Part shown: piece after piece, positions 29,791 to 38,742 of the stretch | How the letters are laid out: the number at the start of each line of letters is the position of its first letter | How positions within the stretch are numbered: the stretch's first letter is position 1 | Sequence record: KJ832078 | Origin: Enterobacteria phage Sf101 | DNA: 38,742 nt | Direction: 5' to 3' (one strand) | Position numbers and translations under genes: made by a program | Notes under the pieces: model-generated | The model's database searches: none | What the model saw: the letters and a program-made list of their open reading frames with translations, nothing else | Told to the model about the DNA's origin: nothing

Positions 29791-31667
29791 CGCCAAGTGA
29801 ACTTAGCGACCTGCTTTGGGCGCAGGTTGACAGGGTGGCTCCGCACCTGTTGCCAAACGGCAAGAAAGAGGGGCATGAGTGGGTTGCCGGTAACGTCAAT
29901 GGTGACAAGGGAAACAGCCTTAAGGTCAACCTTAGCGGCAAGAAAAAATGGGCTGATTTCGCTGAGGGAGACGGCGGTGACATGCTTGATTTGTGGATGG
30001 CATGTCGTGGAATTAACCTGCATCAGGCTATGCAGGAAGCGAAAGCATTTCTCGGTATCAAGGATGACGATCACCATTTCGATGCCAAACGTGAGAAAAA
30101 ATTCTCCAGACCTGATCGCAAGAAAATCGCCCGCTACGTTACCAGAACAGAATCCCATCTTGAGTACCTGCAATCGCGTGGCATATCGCCAGAAGTCGTA
30201 AAGCGCTACGAGGTTGTCAGCGGCAAGGTGTGGAATGGAGAACGAGAACTTGATGCACTGGTGCTTCCGTACAAACGCGATGGTGAGTTGTTGCAGGTCA
30301 AGCGAATCAGCACTGAGCGCCCGGACGGGAAGAAAGTCATTATGGCAGAAGGTGATTGCGAACCTTGTCTGTTCGGATGGCAGGCTCTGGACGCTGGCGT
30401 GAGGGCGGTTGTACTTTGCGAAGGCGAAATTGATTGTATGAGCTATGCGCAATACGGCATCTCGGCGTTATCCGTGCCGTTTGGTGGCGGGAAAGGCGCT
30501 AAGCAACAGTGGATTGAGTTTGAGTATCACAACCTCGACAGGTTTGAGGAAATATTCATCTCGATGGACGTTGATGATGTTGGTCGTGAAGCCGCAAGGG
30601 AAATCGCAAGCCGACTCGGTGAACATCGTTGCCGTCTTGTTACTCTGCCGTACAAAGACATCAACGAATGCCTGATGAACGGTGTTACCGAGGATGAAAT
30701 CTGGCAGTACATCGGCACGGCATCCTACTTTGATCCTGAAGAACTCTACAGCGCGCGAGAGTTTTACCAGGACACTATCAACGCTTTCTACGGCAAGCAG
30801 CAGTATCTGTTTAATCCACCGTGGGAATCTCTGGCAGATAAATTCCAGTTTCGTGAGGCCGAGTTGACGCTGGTCAATGGTGTGAACGGTCACGGAAAAA
30901 CGGAGGTTGTCGGGCATATGGCACTTGAGGCAATGCGTCAGGGTGTGAAGACGTGCATCGCGTCACTTGAGCTGAAGCCTGGTATTCTCCTTAAGCGCCT
31001 TACCCGTCAGGCGACGTGCTGCAAGATGCCGCCAGTGCTGGAAATTGACTCTGCATTTAAATTTTATGACGAAAGACTTTGGGTGTTTGGCCTGACTGGA
31101 ACGGCGAAAGCCGACAGGCTGATCGAAATATTCGACTACGCTCGCCGCCGATACGGCATCCAGTTATTCATCATCGACAGCCTGATGAAATGCGGCATAG
31201 GTGACGATGACTATAACGGGCAGAAAGCATTTGTTGACTCGATTTGTGACTTCAAAAACAAAACAAACTCCCACGTCATTCTCGTTACTCACTCCAGAAA
31301 AGGAGATAGCGAAGAAAAACCAACCGGGAAAATGGACGTAAAAGGCTCTGGAGCGATAACAGACCTGACAGACAACCTTTTTATCATCTGGCGTAACAAG
31401 GCTCGCGAGAGAGCGTTACAGAGAGTTCAGAGTGGTGAAAAGATGTCAGAGAAGGACGAACAGCTACTGGCATCTCCGGCATCTGTTTTGATGCTTGAAA
31501 AACAACGTAACGGCGAAGGTTGGGAAGGTGGTGTCCCGTTGTTCCTTGACGAGCAATCGCACCAGTTCCTGCAACTTGAATCAGGATCGCCTTATAGCTA
31601 CATCGCCAATATGCCGAAATCGGAATATGACGAGGCGTGGCGACAGGAAAACGTGACGGAGTATTAA
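29787..31667 (+). CDS. Bifunctional DNA primase (TOPRIM) / DnaB-family helicase
   Basis: 626 aa; acidic TOPRIM-like motifs (LCEGEIDCMSYAQ, ISMDVDDVGREAA); C-terminal RecA-fold with Walker A GVNGHGKT and Walker B LFIIDSL. Confidence 0.8.
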   Translation: MTPSELSDLLWAQVDRVAPHLLPNGKKEGHEWVAGNVNGDKGNSLKVNLSGKKKWADFAEGDGGDMLDLWMACRGINLHQAMQEAKAFLGIKDDDHHFDAKREKKFSRPDRKKIARYVTRTESHLEYLQSRGISPEVVKRYEVVSGKVWNGERELDALVLPYKRDGELLQVKRISTERPDGKKVIMAEGDCEPCLFGWQALDAGVRAVVLCEGEIDCMSYAQYGISALSVPFGGGKGAKQQWIEFEYHNLDRFEEIFISMDVDDVGREAAREIASRLGEHRCRLVTLPYKDINECLMNGVTEDEIWQYIGTASYFDPEELYSAREFYQDTINAFYGKQQYLFNPPWESLADKFQFREAELTLVNGVNGHGKTEVVGHMALEAMRQGVKTCIASLELKPGILLKRLTRQATCCKMPPVLEIDSAFKFYDERLWVFGLTGTAKADRLIEIFDYARRRYGIQLFIIDSLMKCGIGDDDYNGQKAFVDSICDFKNKTNSHVILVTHSRKGDSEEKPTGKMDVKGSGAITDLTDNLFIIWRNKARERALQRVQSGEKMSEKDEQLLASPASVLMLEKQRNGEGWEGGVPLFLDEQSHQFLQLESGSPYSYIANMPKSEYDEAWRQENVTEY

Positions 31668-31744
31668 ATGACCATCTACATCACTGAGCTTGTAACAGGC
31701 CTGCTGGTAATCGCAGGCCTTTTTATTTGGGGGAGAGGGAAGTC

Positions 31745-32185
31745 ATGAAAAAACTAACCTTTGAAATTCGATCTCCAGCACATCAGCAAAACGCTATTCA
31801 CGCAGTACAGCAAATCCTTCCAGACCCAACCAAACCAATCGTAGTAACCATTCAGGAACGCAACCGCAGCTTAGACCAGAATCGAAAGCTTTGGGCTTGC
31901 CTTGGTGACGTCTCTCGTCAGGTTGAATGGCATGGTCGCTGGCTGGATGCAGAAAGCTGGAAGTGTGTGTTTACCGCAGCATTAAAGCAGCAGGATGTTG
32001 TTCCTAACCTTGCCGGGAATGGCTTTGTGGTAATAGGCCAGTCAACCAGCAGGATGCGTGTAAGCGAATTTGCGGAGCTATTAGAGCTTATACAGGCATT
32101 CGGTACAGAGCGTGGCGTTAAGTGGTCAGACGAAGCGCGACTGGCTCTGGAGTGGAAAGCGAGATGGGGAGATCGGGCTGCATGA
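31745..32185 (+). CDS. ninB: NinB (Orf-family recombination protein)
   Basis: MKKLTFEIRSPAHQQNAIHAVQQILPDPTKPIVVTIQERNRSLDQNRKLWACLGD... matches lambda NinB as recalled; ORF-track start 31727 adds 6 residues. Confidence 0.9.
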   Translation: MKKLTFEIRSPAHQQNAIHAVQQILPDPTKPIVVTIQERNRSLDQNRKLWACLGDVSRQVEWHGRWLDAESWKCVFTAALKQQDVVPNLAGNGFVVIGQSTSRMRVSEFAELLELIQAFGTERGVKWSDEARLALEWKARWGDRAA

Positions 32186-32709
32186 CTATCAAATCAAATA
32201 CGCCAGCACACGACAAGGACTGCTGGCAAACGCCGCTTTGGCTTTTTGATGCACTGGATATTGAGTTTGGATTCTGGCTGGATTCGGCAGCGAGCGACAA
32301 AAATGCTCTGTGTGCTCACTGGCTAACTGAGGCCGACGACGCGCTCAATTCTGAGTGGGTAAGCCACGGTGCAATCTGGAATAACCCACCGTACAGCAAT
32401 ATCAGGCCGTGGGTGGAAAAAGCCGCTGAGCAGTGCATACAACAGCGACAGACGGTAGTTATGCTTGTGCCAGAGGATATGTCAGTCGGATGGTTCAGCA
32501 AGGCTCTGGAGAGTGTTGACGAAGTTCGCATTATCACTGATGGACGGATTAATTTTATCGAACCATCGACAGGGCTGGAGAAGAAGGGAAACAGCAAAGG
32601 CTCCATGCTGCTGATTTGGCGACCGTTCATCAGTCCTCGACGGATGTTTACTACCGTATCCAAAGCGGCATTGATGGCGATCGGGCAGGGCGTCAGGAGG
32701 GCGGCATGA
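32182..32709 (+). CDS. Dam-like N6-adenine DNA methyltransferase (orphan)
   Basis: ATG at 32182 overlaps the ninB stop; contains catalytic NPPY motif ([10 protein letters not shown]); no adjacent restriction endonuclease. Confidence 0.75.
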   Translation: MTIKSNTPAHDKDCWQTPLWLFDALDIEFGFWLDSAASDKNALCAHWLTEADDALNSEWVSHGAIWNNPPYSNIRPWVEKAAEQCIQQRQTVVMLVPEDMSVGWFSKALESVDEVRIITDGRINFIEPSTGLEKKGNSKGSMLLIWRPFISPRRMFTTVSKAALMAIGQGVRRAA

Positions 32710-32882
32710 GGCGACAGCGACGAAGTTTCACCGACATCATCTGCGAAAACTGCAAATACCTTCCAACGAAACGCTCCAGAAATAAACGCAAGCCAATCCC
32801 AAAAGAATCTGACGTAAAAACCTTCAACTACACGGCTCACCTGTGGGATATCCGGTGGCTAAGACATCGTGCGAGGAAATGA
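32706..32882 (+). CDS. ninE: NinE
   Basis: [58 protein letters not shown] resembles lambda NinE; ATGA overlap with the methylase stop. Confidence 0.8.
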   Translation: MRRQRRSFTDIICENCKYLPTKRSRNKRKPIPKESDVKTFNYTAHLWDIRWLRHRARK

Positions 32883-33295
32883 CAATGGATTATTCACAGT
32901 TAAGTGATTTTGAAATTAACAGACGAGTATGTGAGGCTTTAGATATGGAGGAGCATTTCTTCATACCTGATGACGAAGCAGACTTCGATTCTGAGCTCCC
33001 AACTGACGAAAGAGGTCCTATTTGGCAGACGCAAAAAAGGGATATTAATGGCTTCCGTTCTTCAAACGGAAATTGCTTCAATCCTTGCAATAATCCTGAA
33101 TATGCGTGGCCAATTATCACTGAAAACAAAATCAGCATAATGTTTGATAGTACCGATACGAGATATGAAGGCGAATATCACGAGTGGTGTGATGCGATTT
33201 CATCTTGTCAAAAGTTCGGAATTCAGTATCAGTCTAATCCACTCCGCGCCGCCATGATTGTCTTTCTCATGATGCAGGACGCCAATAATGCTTAG
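32879..33295 (+). CDS. NinX-like hypothetical protein
   Basis: 138 aa from ATG 32879 (overlaps the ninE stop); sits between ninE and ninF where P22 carries ninX; lower GC than neighbours. Confidence 0.45.
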   Translation: MTMDYSQLSDFEINRRVCEALDMEEHFFIPDDEADFDSELPTDERGPIWQTQKRDINGFRSSNGNCFNPCNNPEYAWPIITENKISIMFDSTDTRYEGEYHEWCDAISSCQKFGIQYQSNPLRAAMIVFLMMQDANNA

Positions 33296-33464
33296 CCCAT
33301 CCCAATCCCTTCAATACCAGAAAGAAAGCGTCGAGCGGGCTTTAACGTGCGCTAACTGCGGTCAGAAGCTGCATGTGCTGGAAGTTCACGTGTGTGAGCA
33401 CTGCTGCGCAGAACTGATGAGCGATCCGAATAGCTCGATGCACGAGGAAGAAGACGATGGCTAA
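33288..33464 (+). CDS. ninF: NinF
   Basis: Hand-translated 58 aa [58 protein letters not shown], matching lambda NinF; below the ORF-track size cutoff. Confidence 0.8.
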   Translation: MLSPSQSLQYQKESVERALTCANCGQKLHVLEVHVCEHCCAELMSDPNSSMHEEEDDG

Positions 33465-34068
33465 ACCAGCGCGAAGACGATGTAAAAACGATGAATGTCG
33501 GGAATGGTTTCACCCTGCATTCGCCAATCAGTGGTGGTGCTCTCCAGAGTGTGGAACCAAGATAGCACTCGAACGACGAAGCAAAGAACGCGAAAAAGCG
33601 GAAAAGGCAGCAGAGAAGAAACGACGACGAGAGGAGCAGAAACAGAAAGATAAACTTAAGATTCGAAAACTCGCCTTAAAGCCCCGCAGTTACTGGATTA
33701 AACAAGCCCAACAAGCCGTAAACGCCTTCATCAGAGAAAGAGACCGCGACTTACCATGTATCTCGTGCGGAACGCTCACGTCTGCTCAGTGGGATGCCGG
33801 ACATTATCGGACAACTGCTGCGGCACCTCAACTCCGATTTGATGAACGCAATATTCACAAGCAATGCTTGGTGTGCAACCAGCACAAAAGCGGAAATCTC
33901 GTTCCGTATCGCGTCGAACTGATTAGCCGCATCGGGCAGGAAGCAGTAGACGAAATCGAATCAAACCATAACCGCCATCGCTGGACTATCGAAGAGTGCA
34001 AGGCGATCAAGGCAGAGTACCAACAGAAACTCAAAGACCTGCGAAATAGCAGAAGTGAGGCCGCATGA
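33457..34068 (+). CDS. ninG: NinG (Rap-like recombination endonuclease)
   Basis: 203 aa; cysteine-rich N-terminus ([12 protein letters not shown]...WWCSPECG) and HNH-like region ([10 protein letters not shown]...[11 protein letters not shown]), as in lambda NinG. Confidence 0.9.
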   Translation: MAKPARRRCKNDECREWFHPAFANQWWCSPECGTKIALERRSKEREKAEKAAEKKRRREEQKQKDKLKIRKLALKPRSYWIKQAQQAVNAFIRERDRDLPCISCGTLTSAQWDAGHYRTTAAAPQLRFDERNIHKQCLVCNQHKSGNLVPYRVELISRIGQEAVDEIESNHNRHRWTIEECKAIKAEYQQKLKDLRNSRSEAA

Positions 34069-34271
34069 CGTTCTCAGTAAAAACCATTCCAGACATGCTC
34101 GTTGAAGCATACGGAAACCAGACAGAAGTAGCACGCAGACTGAAATGTAGTCGCGGTACGGTCAGAAAATACGTTGATGATAAAGACGGGAAAATGCACG
34201 CCATCGTCAACGACGTTCTCATGGTTCATCGCGGATGGAGTGAAAGAGATGCGCTATTACGAAAAAATTGA
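34065..34271 (+). CDS. ninH: NinH
   Basis: 68 aa [39 protein letters not shown]... matches lambda NinH (Fis-like HTH). Confidence 0.85.
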   Translation: MTFSVKTIPDMLVEAYGNQTEVARRLKCSRGTVRKYVDDKDGKMHAIVNDVLMVHRGWSERDALLRKN

Positions 34272-34914
34272 TGGCAGCAAATACCGAAATATTTGGGTAG
34301 TTGGCGATCTGCACGGATGCTACACGAACCTGATGAACAAACTGGATACGATTGGATTCGACAACAAAAAAGACCTGCTTATCTCGGTGGGCGATTTGGT
34401 TGATCGTGGTGCAGAGAACGTCGAATGCCTGGAATTAATCACATTCCCCTGGTTCAGAGCTGTACGTGGAAACCATGAGCAAATGATGATTGATGGCTTA
34501 TCAGAGCGTGGAAACGTTAATCACTGGCTGCTTAATGGCGGTGGATGGTTCTTTAATCTCGATTACGACAAAGAAATTCTGGCTAAAGCTCTTGCCCATA
34601 AAGCAGATGAACTTCCGTTAATCATCGAACTGGTGAGCAAAGATAAAAAATATGTCATCTGCCACGCCGATTATCCTTGTGACGAATACGAGTTTGGAAA
34701 ACCAGTTGATCATCAGCAGGTAATCTGGAACCGCGAACGAATCAGCAACTCACAAGACGGGATCGTGAAAGAAATCAAAGGTGCGGACACGTTCATCTTT
34801 GGTCATACGCCAGCAGTGAAACCACTCAAGTTTGCCAACCAGATGTATATCGATACCGGCGCAGTGTTCTGCGGAAACCTCACATTGATTCAGGTACAGG
34901 GAGAAGGCGCATGA
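34249..34914 (+). CDS. Ser/Thr protein phosphatase (lambda NinI-type)
   Basis: 221 aa from internal ATG 34249; metallophosphatase motifs GDLHG, GDLVDRG, GNHE. Confidence 0.9.
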   Translation: MRYYEKIDGSKYRNIWVVGDLHGCYTNLMNKLDTIGFDNKKDLLISVGDLVDRGAENVECLELITFPWFRAVRGNHEQMMIDGLSERGNVNHWLLNGGGWFFNLDYDKEILAKALAHKADELPLIIELVSKDKKYVICHADYPCDEYEFGKPVDHQQVIWNRERISNSQDGIVKEIKGADTFIFGHTPAVKPLKFANQMYIDTGAVFCGNLTLIQVQGEGA

Positions 34915-35534
34915 GACTCGAAAGCGTAGCTAAATTTCATTCGCCAAAAAGCCCGATGATGAGTGACTCACCACGGGCCACGGCTTCTGACTCTCTTTCC
35001 GGTACTGATGTGATGGCTGCTATGGGGATGGCGCAATCACAAGCCGGATTCGGAATGGCTGCATTCTGTGGTAAGCACGAACTCAGCCAGAACGACAAAC
35101 AAAAGGCTATCAACTATCTGATGCAATTTGCACACAAGGTATCGGGGAAATACCGTGGTGTGGCAAAGCTCGAAGGAAATACTAAGGCAAAGGTACTGCA
35201 AGTGCTCGCAACATTCGCTTATGCGGATTATTGCCGTAGTGCCGCGACGCCTGGTGCAAGATGCAGAGATTGCCACGGTACAGGCCGTGCGGTTGATATA
35301 GCCAAAACGGAGCAGTGGGGGAGAGTTGTTGAGAAAGAGTGCGGAAGATGCAAAGGTGTCGGCTATTCAAGAATGCCAGCAAGCGCCGCATATCGCGCTG
35401 TAACGATGCTAATCCCAAACCTTACCCAACCCACCTGGTCACGCACTGTTAAGCCGCTGTATGACGCTCTGGTGGTGCAATGCCACAAGGAAGAGTCAAT
35501 CGCAGACAATATTTTGAATACGGTCACACGTTAG
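34911..35534 (+). CDS. Q: Late antiterminator Q (lambda type)
   Basis: 207 aa with zinc-binding cysteines (CRDCHGTG...CGRCKG); GGAG RBS; immediately upstream of pR'. Confidence 0.9.
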   Translation: MRLESVAKFHSPKSPMMSDSPRATASDSLSGTDVMAAMGMAQSQAGFGMAAFCGKHELSQNDKQKAINYLMQFAHKVSGKYRGVAKLEGNTKAKVLQVLATFAYADYCRSAATPGARCRDCHGTGRAVDIAKTEQWGRVVEKECGRCKGVGYSRMPASAAYRAVTMLIPNLTQPTWSRTVKPLYDALVVQCHKEESIADNILNTVTR

Positions 35535-35576
35535 CAGCATGATTGCCACGGATGGCAACATATTAACTGCATGATA

Positions 35577-35606
35577 TTGACTTTTTGAATAAAGTTGGGT
35601 AAATTT
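35577..35606 (+). promoter_or_regulatory. Late promoter pR' (with presumed qut site)
   Basis: TTGACT (35577-35582), 17-bp spacer, TAAATT (35600-35605); closely resembles lambda pR' as recalled. Confidence 0.75.
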
Positions 35607-35640
35607 GACCCAACGATGGATAAATGCACTCGTTAAATAA

Positions 35641-35680
35641 AGCCCCGAGCTATTAACTCAGGGCTTTTTGCGTTTTAATC
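35641..35680 (+). terminator. tR'-like intrinsic terminator close to pR'
   Basis: Hairpin AGCCCCGAG-ctattaa-CTCAGGGCT (one mismatch) followed by TTTTTGCGTTTT. Confidence 0.6.
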
Positions 35681-35967
35681 ACGACCTTTCTGAAAGCACA
35701 TCAAACCAAATACCAGACAGACAAAAATAATCACCTTATCCGCTGTGGCTACGGTGCGGTGTGCTTTGCATAAAAGAAAACCAGCGCAATGGCTGGCTTC
35801 GTGAAAGCGGGTGACAGGAGGTTGCGCTAACAACCTCATGCCGTTTTGCCCGTGCATATCGGTCACGAACAAATCTGATTACTAAACACAGTAGCCTGGA
35901 TTTGTTCTATCAGTAATCGACCTTATTCCTAATTAAATAGAACAAATCCCCTTATTGGGGGTAAGAC

Positions 35968-36291
35968 ATGAAGATGCCAGAAAAACATGACCTGTTAGCC
36001 GCCATTCTCGCGGCAAAGGAACAAGGCATCGGGGCAATCCTTGCGTTTGCAATGGCGTACCTTCGCGGCAGATATAATGGCGGTGCGTTTACAAAAACAG
36101 TAATCGACGCAACGATGTGCGCCATTATCGCCTGGTTCATTCGTGACCTTCTCGACTTCGCCGGACTAAGTAGCAATCTCGCTTATATAACGAGCGTGTT
36201 CATCGGCTACATCGGTACTGACTCGATTGGTTCGCTTATCAAACGCTTCGCTGCTAAAAAAGCCGGAGTAGAAGATGGTGGAAATCAATAA
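35968..36291 (+). CDS. S: Holin S (class I, dual-start)
   Basis: 107 aa [34 protein letters not shown]... matching lambda S, with the Met1-Lys2-Met3 dual-start motif. Confidence 0.95.
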   Translation: MKMPEKHDLLAAILAAKEQGIGAILAFAMAYLRGRYNGGAFTKTVIDATMCAIIAWFIRDLLDFAGLSSNLAYITSVFIGYIGTDSIGSLIKRFAAKKAGVEDGGNQ

Positions 36292-36751
36292 TCAACGTAA
36301 GGCGTTCCTCGATATGCTGGCGTGGTCAGAGGGAACAGATAACGGACGTCAGAAAACCAGAAATCATGGTTATGACGTCATTGTAGGAGGAGAGCTATTC
36401 ACTGATTACTCCGATCACCCTCGCAAACTTGTCACGCTAAACCCAAAGCTCAAATCAACAGCCGCCGGACGTTACCAGCTTCTTTCACGTTGGTGGGATG
36501 CCTACCGCAAGCAACTTGGCCTGAAAGACTTCTCTCCCAAAAGCCAGGACGCAGTGGCATTGCAGCAGATTAAAGAGCGTGGCGCTTTACCGATGATTGA
36601 TCGCGGTGATATTCGTCAGGCTATCGACCGTTGCAGCAATATCTGGGCTTCACTTCCGGGCGCTGGTTATGGTCAGTTCGAGCATAAGGCTGACAGCCTG
36701 ATTGCAAAATTCAAAGAAGCTGGCGGAACGGTCAGAGAGATTGAGGTATGA
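36275..36751 (+). CDS. R: Endolysin R (lytic transglycosylase)
   Basis: 158 aa [51 protein letters not shown]... matching lambda R. Confidence 0.95.
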   Translation: MVEINNQRKAFLDMLAWSEGTDNGRQKTRNHGYDVIVGGELFTDYSDHPRKLVTLNPKLKSTAAGRYQLLSRWWDAYRKQLGLKDFSPKSQDAVALQQIKERGALPMIDRGDIRQAIDRCSNIWASLPGAGYGQFEHKADSLIAKFKEAGGTVREIEV

Positions 36752-37185
36752 GCAGAGTAACTGCGATTATCTCCGCTCTGGTTATCTGCATCATCGTCAG
36801 CCTGTCATGGGCTGTTAATCATTACCGTGATAATGCAATCGCCTACAAAGAGCAGCGCGATAAAGCCACATCCACAATCGCTGACATGCAGAAGCGTCAA
36901 CGTGATGTAGCAGAACTTGACGCCAGATACACAAAGGAGCTTGCTGATGCTAACGCGACTATCGAAAGCCTCCGTGCTGATGTTTCTGCTGGGCGTAAGC
37001 GCCTGCAAGTCGCCGCCACCTGTGCAAAGTCAACGACCGGAGCCAGCAGCATGGGCGATGGAGAAAGCCCAAGACTTACAGCAGATGCTGAACTCAATTA
37101 TTACCGTCTCAGAAGTGGAATCGACAGGATAACCGCGCAGGTTAACTACCTGCAGGAATACATCAGGACGCAATGCCTTCGATGA
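36748..37185 (+). CDS. Rz: i-spanin Rz
   Basis: 145 aa; N-terminal TM segment ([18 protein letters not shown]) then coiled coil; directly after R. Confidence 0.85.
   Translation: MSRVTAIISALVICIIVSLSWAVNHYRDNAIAYKEQRDKATSTIADMQKRQRDVAELDARYTKELADANATIESLRADVSAGRKRLQVAATCAKSTTGASSMGDGESPRLTADAELNYYRLRSGIDRITAQVNYLQEYIRTQCLR
36947..37132 (+). CDS. Rz1: o-spanin Rz1 (embedded in +1 frame of Rz)
   Basis: Embedded ORF with lipoprotein signal ([20 protein letters not shown]) followed by a proline-rich mature part ([16 protein letters not shown]...); start codon choice uncertain. Confidence 0.65.
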   Translation: MLTRLSKASVLMFLLGVSACKSPPPVQSQRPEPAAWAMEKAQDLQQMLNSIITVSEVESTG

Positions 37186-37358
37186 TAGCGATAATTTTAC
37201 TCATCATCCTTCACATCTGGCTCTGTAGACAGGGTGATGATCACTTCTGGAGTGAATCCAGATTAAACATCTCATTGCTGATGCTTGATATTGAGCATCT
37301 GGCGCGCGGTAAGGGGCTGCGTTGAGATAAGAGCCAGTCATTACAAATACCAGGATTT

Positions 37359-37384
37359 AGCCTCGCATTTGCGGGGCTTTTTTA
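37359..37384 (+). terminator. Intrinsic terminator downstream of the lysis cassette
   Basis: AGCCTCGCA-tt-TGCGGGGCT hairpin (includes one G-U pair) followed by TTTTTT. Confidence 0.5.
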
Positions 37385-37531
37385 CATCTGCAGTAAACCG
37401 CGCATCGCAGCGCGTAACAATCCCGAGTCTTTCAGAAAGCTGAGCCTGAGAATTGCCGTATATGGTGGCGACCATCTCGGGGACGGCTTTTCTGTGCGAA
37501 CAGGCTCATCTTTCTAAAAGGTAAAGACGCA

Positions 37532-38074
37532 ATGAACTACCCAACCGTTGTTAACGATATAGATTTCAGAGACCTAATTTTTGTAGCAAACAACGATCCG
37601 GTTACAGATTCTTTTATGGTGGCAAAAGCATTTGGAAAGCTGCCGAAGAACGTGGTTCGTGACATTGAACGAACCATAGAAGCTTGCCCTCCTGAGTTTG
37701 ATACAAAGCTCAACTTTGAGCTTTGCTATAAAAACAATGAGTTACAGAATGGTAAGCCGCAAAAATTCTACCGTCTCCGCAAGGATGGGTTGATGCTTTT
37801 GGTTATGTCCTACACCAAAAAAGAAGCAATGCGTATCAAAATTGCTTACATCAACGCATTCAACTGGATGTACGCCATGCTTCAGGTTGGTCATCGTCAA
37901 TTTGAAGAAGAGAGAAATGCCGTAATGCTGGAGTACATGAAAGAGAAGGATGTTGCCAGCATGTCAGGCCGCCTGCTTAATCGCTGGGGAAAAATTAAGA
38001 AGCCTCAGCTACTGGCGAGAATTGAACGCCTTGAACAGCACGGGCAAACCGTAATCCCCGGACTCACCAATTAA
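37532..38074 (+). CDS. rha: Rha-family phage regulatory protein
   Basis: 180 aa; N-terminal domain (VVNDIDFRDLIFVANNDPVTDSFMVAKAFGKLPKNVVRDIER) resembles the Rha family; located between lysis genes and terS as in P22. Confidence 0.7.
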   Translation: MNYPTVVNDIDFRDLIFVANNDPVTDSFMVAKAFGKLPKNVVRDIERTIEACPPEFDTKLNFELCYKNNELQNGKPQKFYRLRKDGLMLLVMSYTKKEAMRIKIAYINAFNWMYAMLQVGHRQFEEERNAVMLEYMKEKDVASMSGRLLNRWGKIKKPQLLARIERLEQHGQTVIPGLTN

Positions 38075-38301
38075 CGGCAGTACAGCGAAACAACCCAAGC
38101 CAGAAAGTGGGGAAATAACACTGGCAGCCACTGAAAGATGAACCTCCTGCCTTATGGCAAAAAAGATTCTTTGTGGTGGCGGACTGATGGAAAGACATCG
38201 GTTATTGCAGAGGCCATTCAATGAGTGGTCTCGACAATGGCTTATACCCTACACGGGATAACTTAACTGATATCCCTTTTAACGGATAAACGGAGCCAAC
38301 A

Positions 38302-38544
38302 ATGGCAGAGATTATTCCCATGACTGAAGAACAGAAATTCCAGTTAGAGATTTACAAACTGGTCATGAACCAGAACGCAGCCGCAGAGGAAGCATTTCAG
38401 TTCATTGGCACTGACGAGCTGAAGCTTGAGCTATTCAAAATTCACTTCCAGTCAGGCGGCGCTAATTCAGATATCACGACCCGCACAATCGAAGCGGTAC
38501 GTAAATCGAAGGAAGCGTTAGACCTGTTCACTACCGGAGCATGA
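38302..38544 (+). CDS. Hypothetical protein
   Basis: 80 aa ORF with GGAG RBS upstream; function unknown. Confidence 0.45.
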   Translation: MAEIIPMTEEQKFQLEIYKLVMNQNAAAEEAFQFIGTDELKLELFKIHFQSGGANSDITTRTIEAVRKSKEALDLFTTGA

Positions 38545-38545
38545 T

Positions 38546-38725
38546 GTGAGCCGCGTAATCAATTTGGGTAAGGAGAAGAAATTCCCAATTACTCAAGAGC
38601 TATACGAGCGACTGGAAAGCGTCATCCATGATTACGATGGTGAAATCAGTTTATGCGAGGCGATTGGTACACTCGAATTACTGAAGCAGTCACTGATTGA
38701 AGGCGCGAAAGAGTCCTCAGCCTGA
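38546..38725 (+). CDS. Hypothetical protein (GTG start)
   Basis: 59-aa ORF from GTG 38546 following AGGAGAAG-like sequence; ends 17 bp before the window end / terS. Confidence 0.25.
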   Translation: MSRVINLGKEKKFPITQELYERLESVIHDYDGEISLCEAIGTLELLKQSLIEGAKESSA

Positions 38726-38742
38726 AATGACAATTAAGTGAG

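Noticed and set aside
29718-30452. 244-aa minus-strand ORF inside the primase-helicase gene
   Set aside because: Fully antisense to a gene with strong motif support; no independent features.

Overview
The window looks like a complete, circularly permuted genome of a temperate P22/Sf6-like podophage, linearised at the small-terminase gene. No host flanking DNA, tRNA, rRNA or CRISPR array is visible. All protein identifications are from reading the supplied translations against remembered family sequences; no search was run. Layout: (1) 1-16408 (+) is a P22/Sf6-type virion module (terS, terL, portal, scaffold, coat, gp4/gp10/gp26-like head completion and tail needle, gp14/gp7/gp20/gp16-like ejection proteins, tailspike), with an orphan Mnt-like repressor on the minus strand just before the tailspike. 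(2) 16462-17634 (-) is an AT-rich acyltransferase-3 membrane protein, a likely O-antigen-modifying lysogenic-conversion gene. (3) 17635-19750 holds an attP-like region with five copies of a GTGTACCAAA-type repeat, a tyrosine integrase (+) and a convergent AlpA/Xis-like gene (-). (4) 19851-26434 (-) is the early-left (PL) operon: lambda-type N, orf28, ral, cIII and kil, a P22-type erf, an SSB-like protein, and many small uncharacterised genes. (5) 26702-28645 is the immunity region: nutL, OL, a 434-type cI with a signal-peptide protein cotranscribed downstream of it (rexAB position), three 434-type OR operators, cro, nutR and cII. (6) 28680-31667 is the replication module: an O-like initiator with internal iterons, then a TOPRIM primase / DnaB-type helicase fusion. 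(7) 31745-35534 is the nin region (ninB, a Dam-like N6-adenine methyltransferase, ninE, a NinX-like gene, ninF/G/H, Ser/Thr phosphatase) and Q. (8) 35577-38725 has pR' with a proximal terminator, lysis genes S, R, Rz/Rz1, rha and two small ORFs. The most interesting items are the secreted protein in the rex position, a perfect in-frame 30-bp tandem duplication in the tailspike neck, the SLT-domain ejection protein, the orphan mnt, and the mosaic replication and nin modules.
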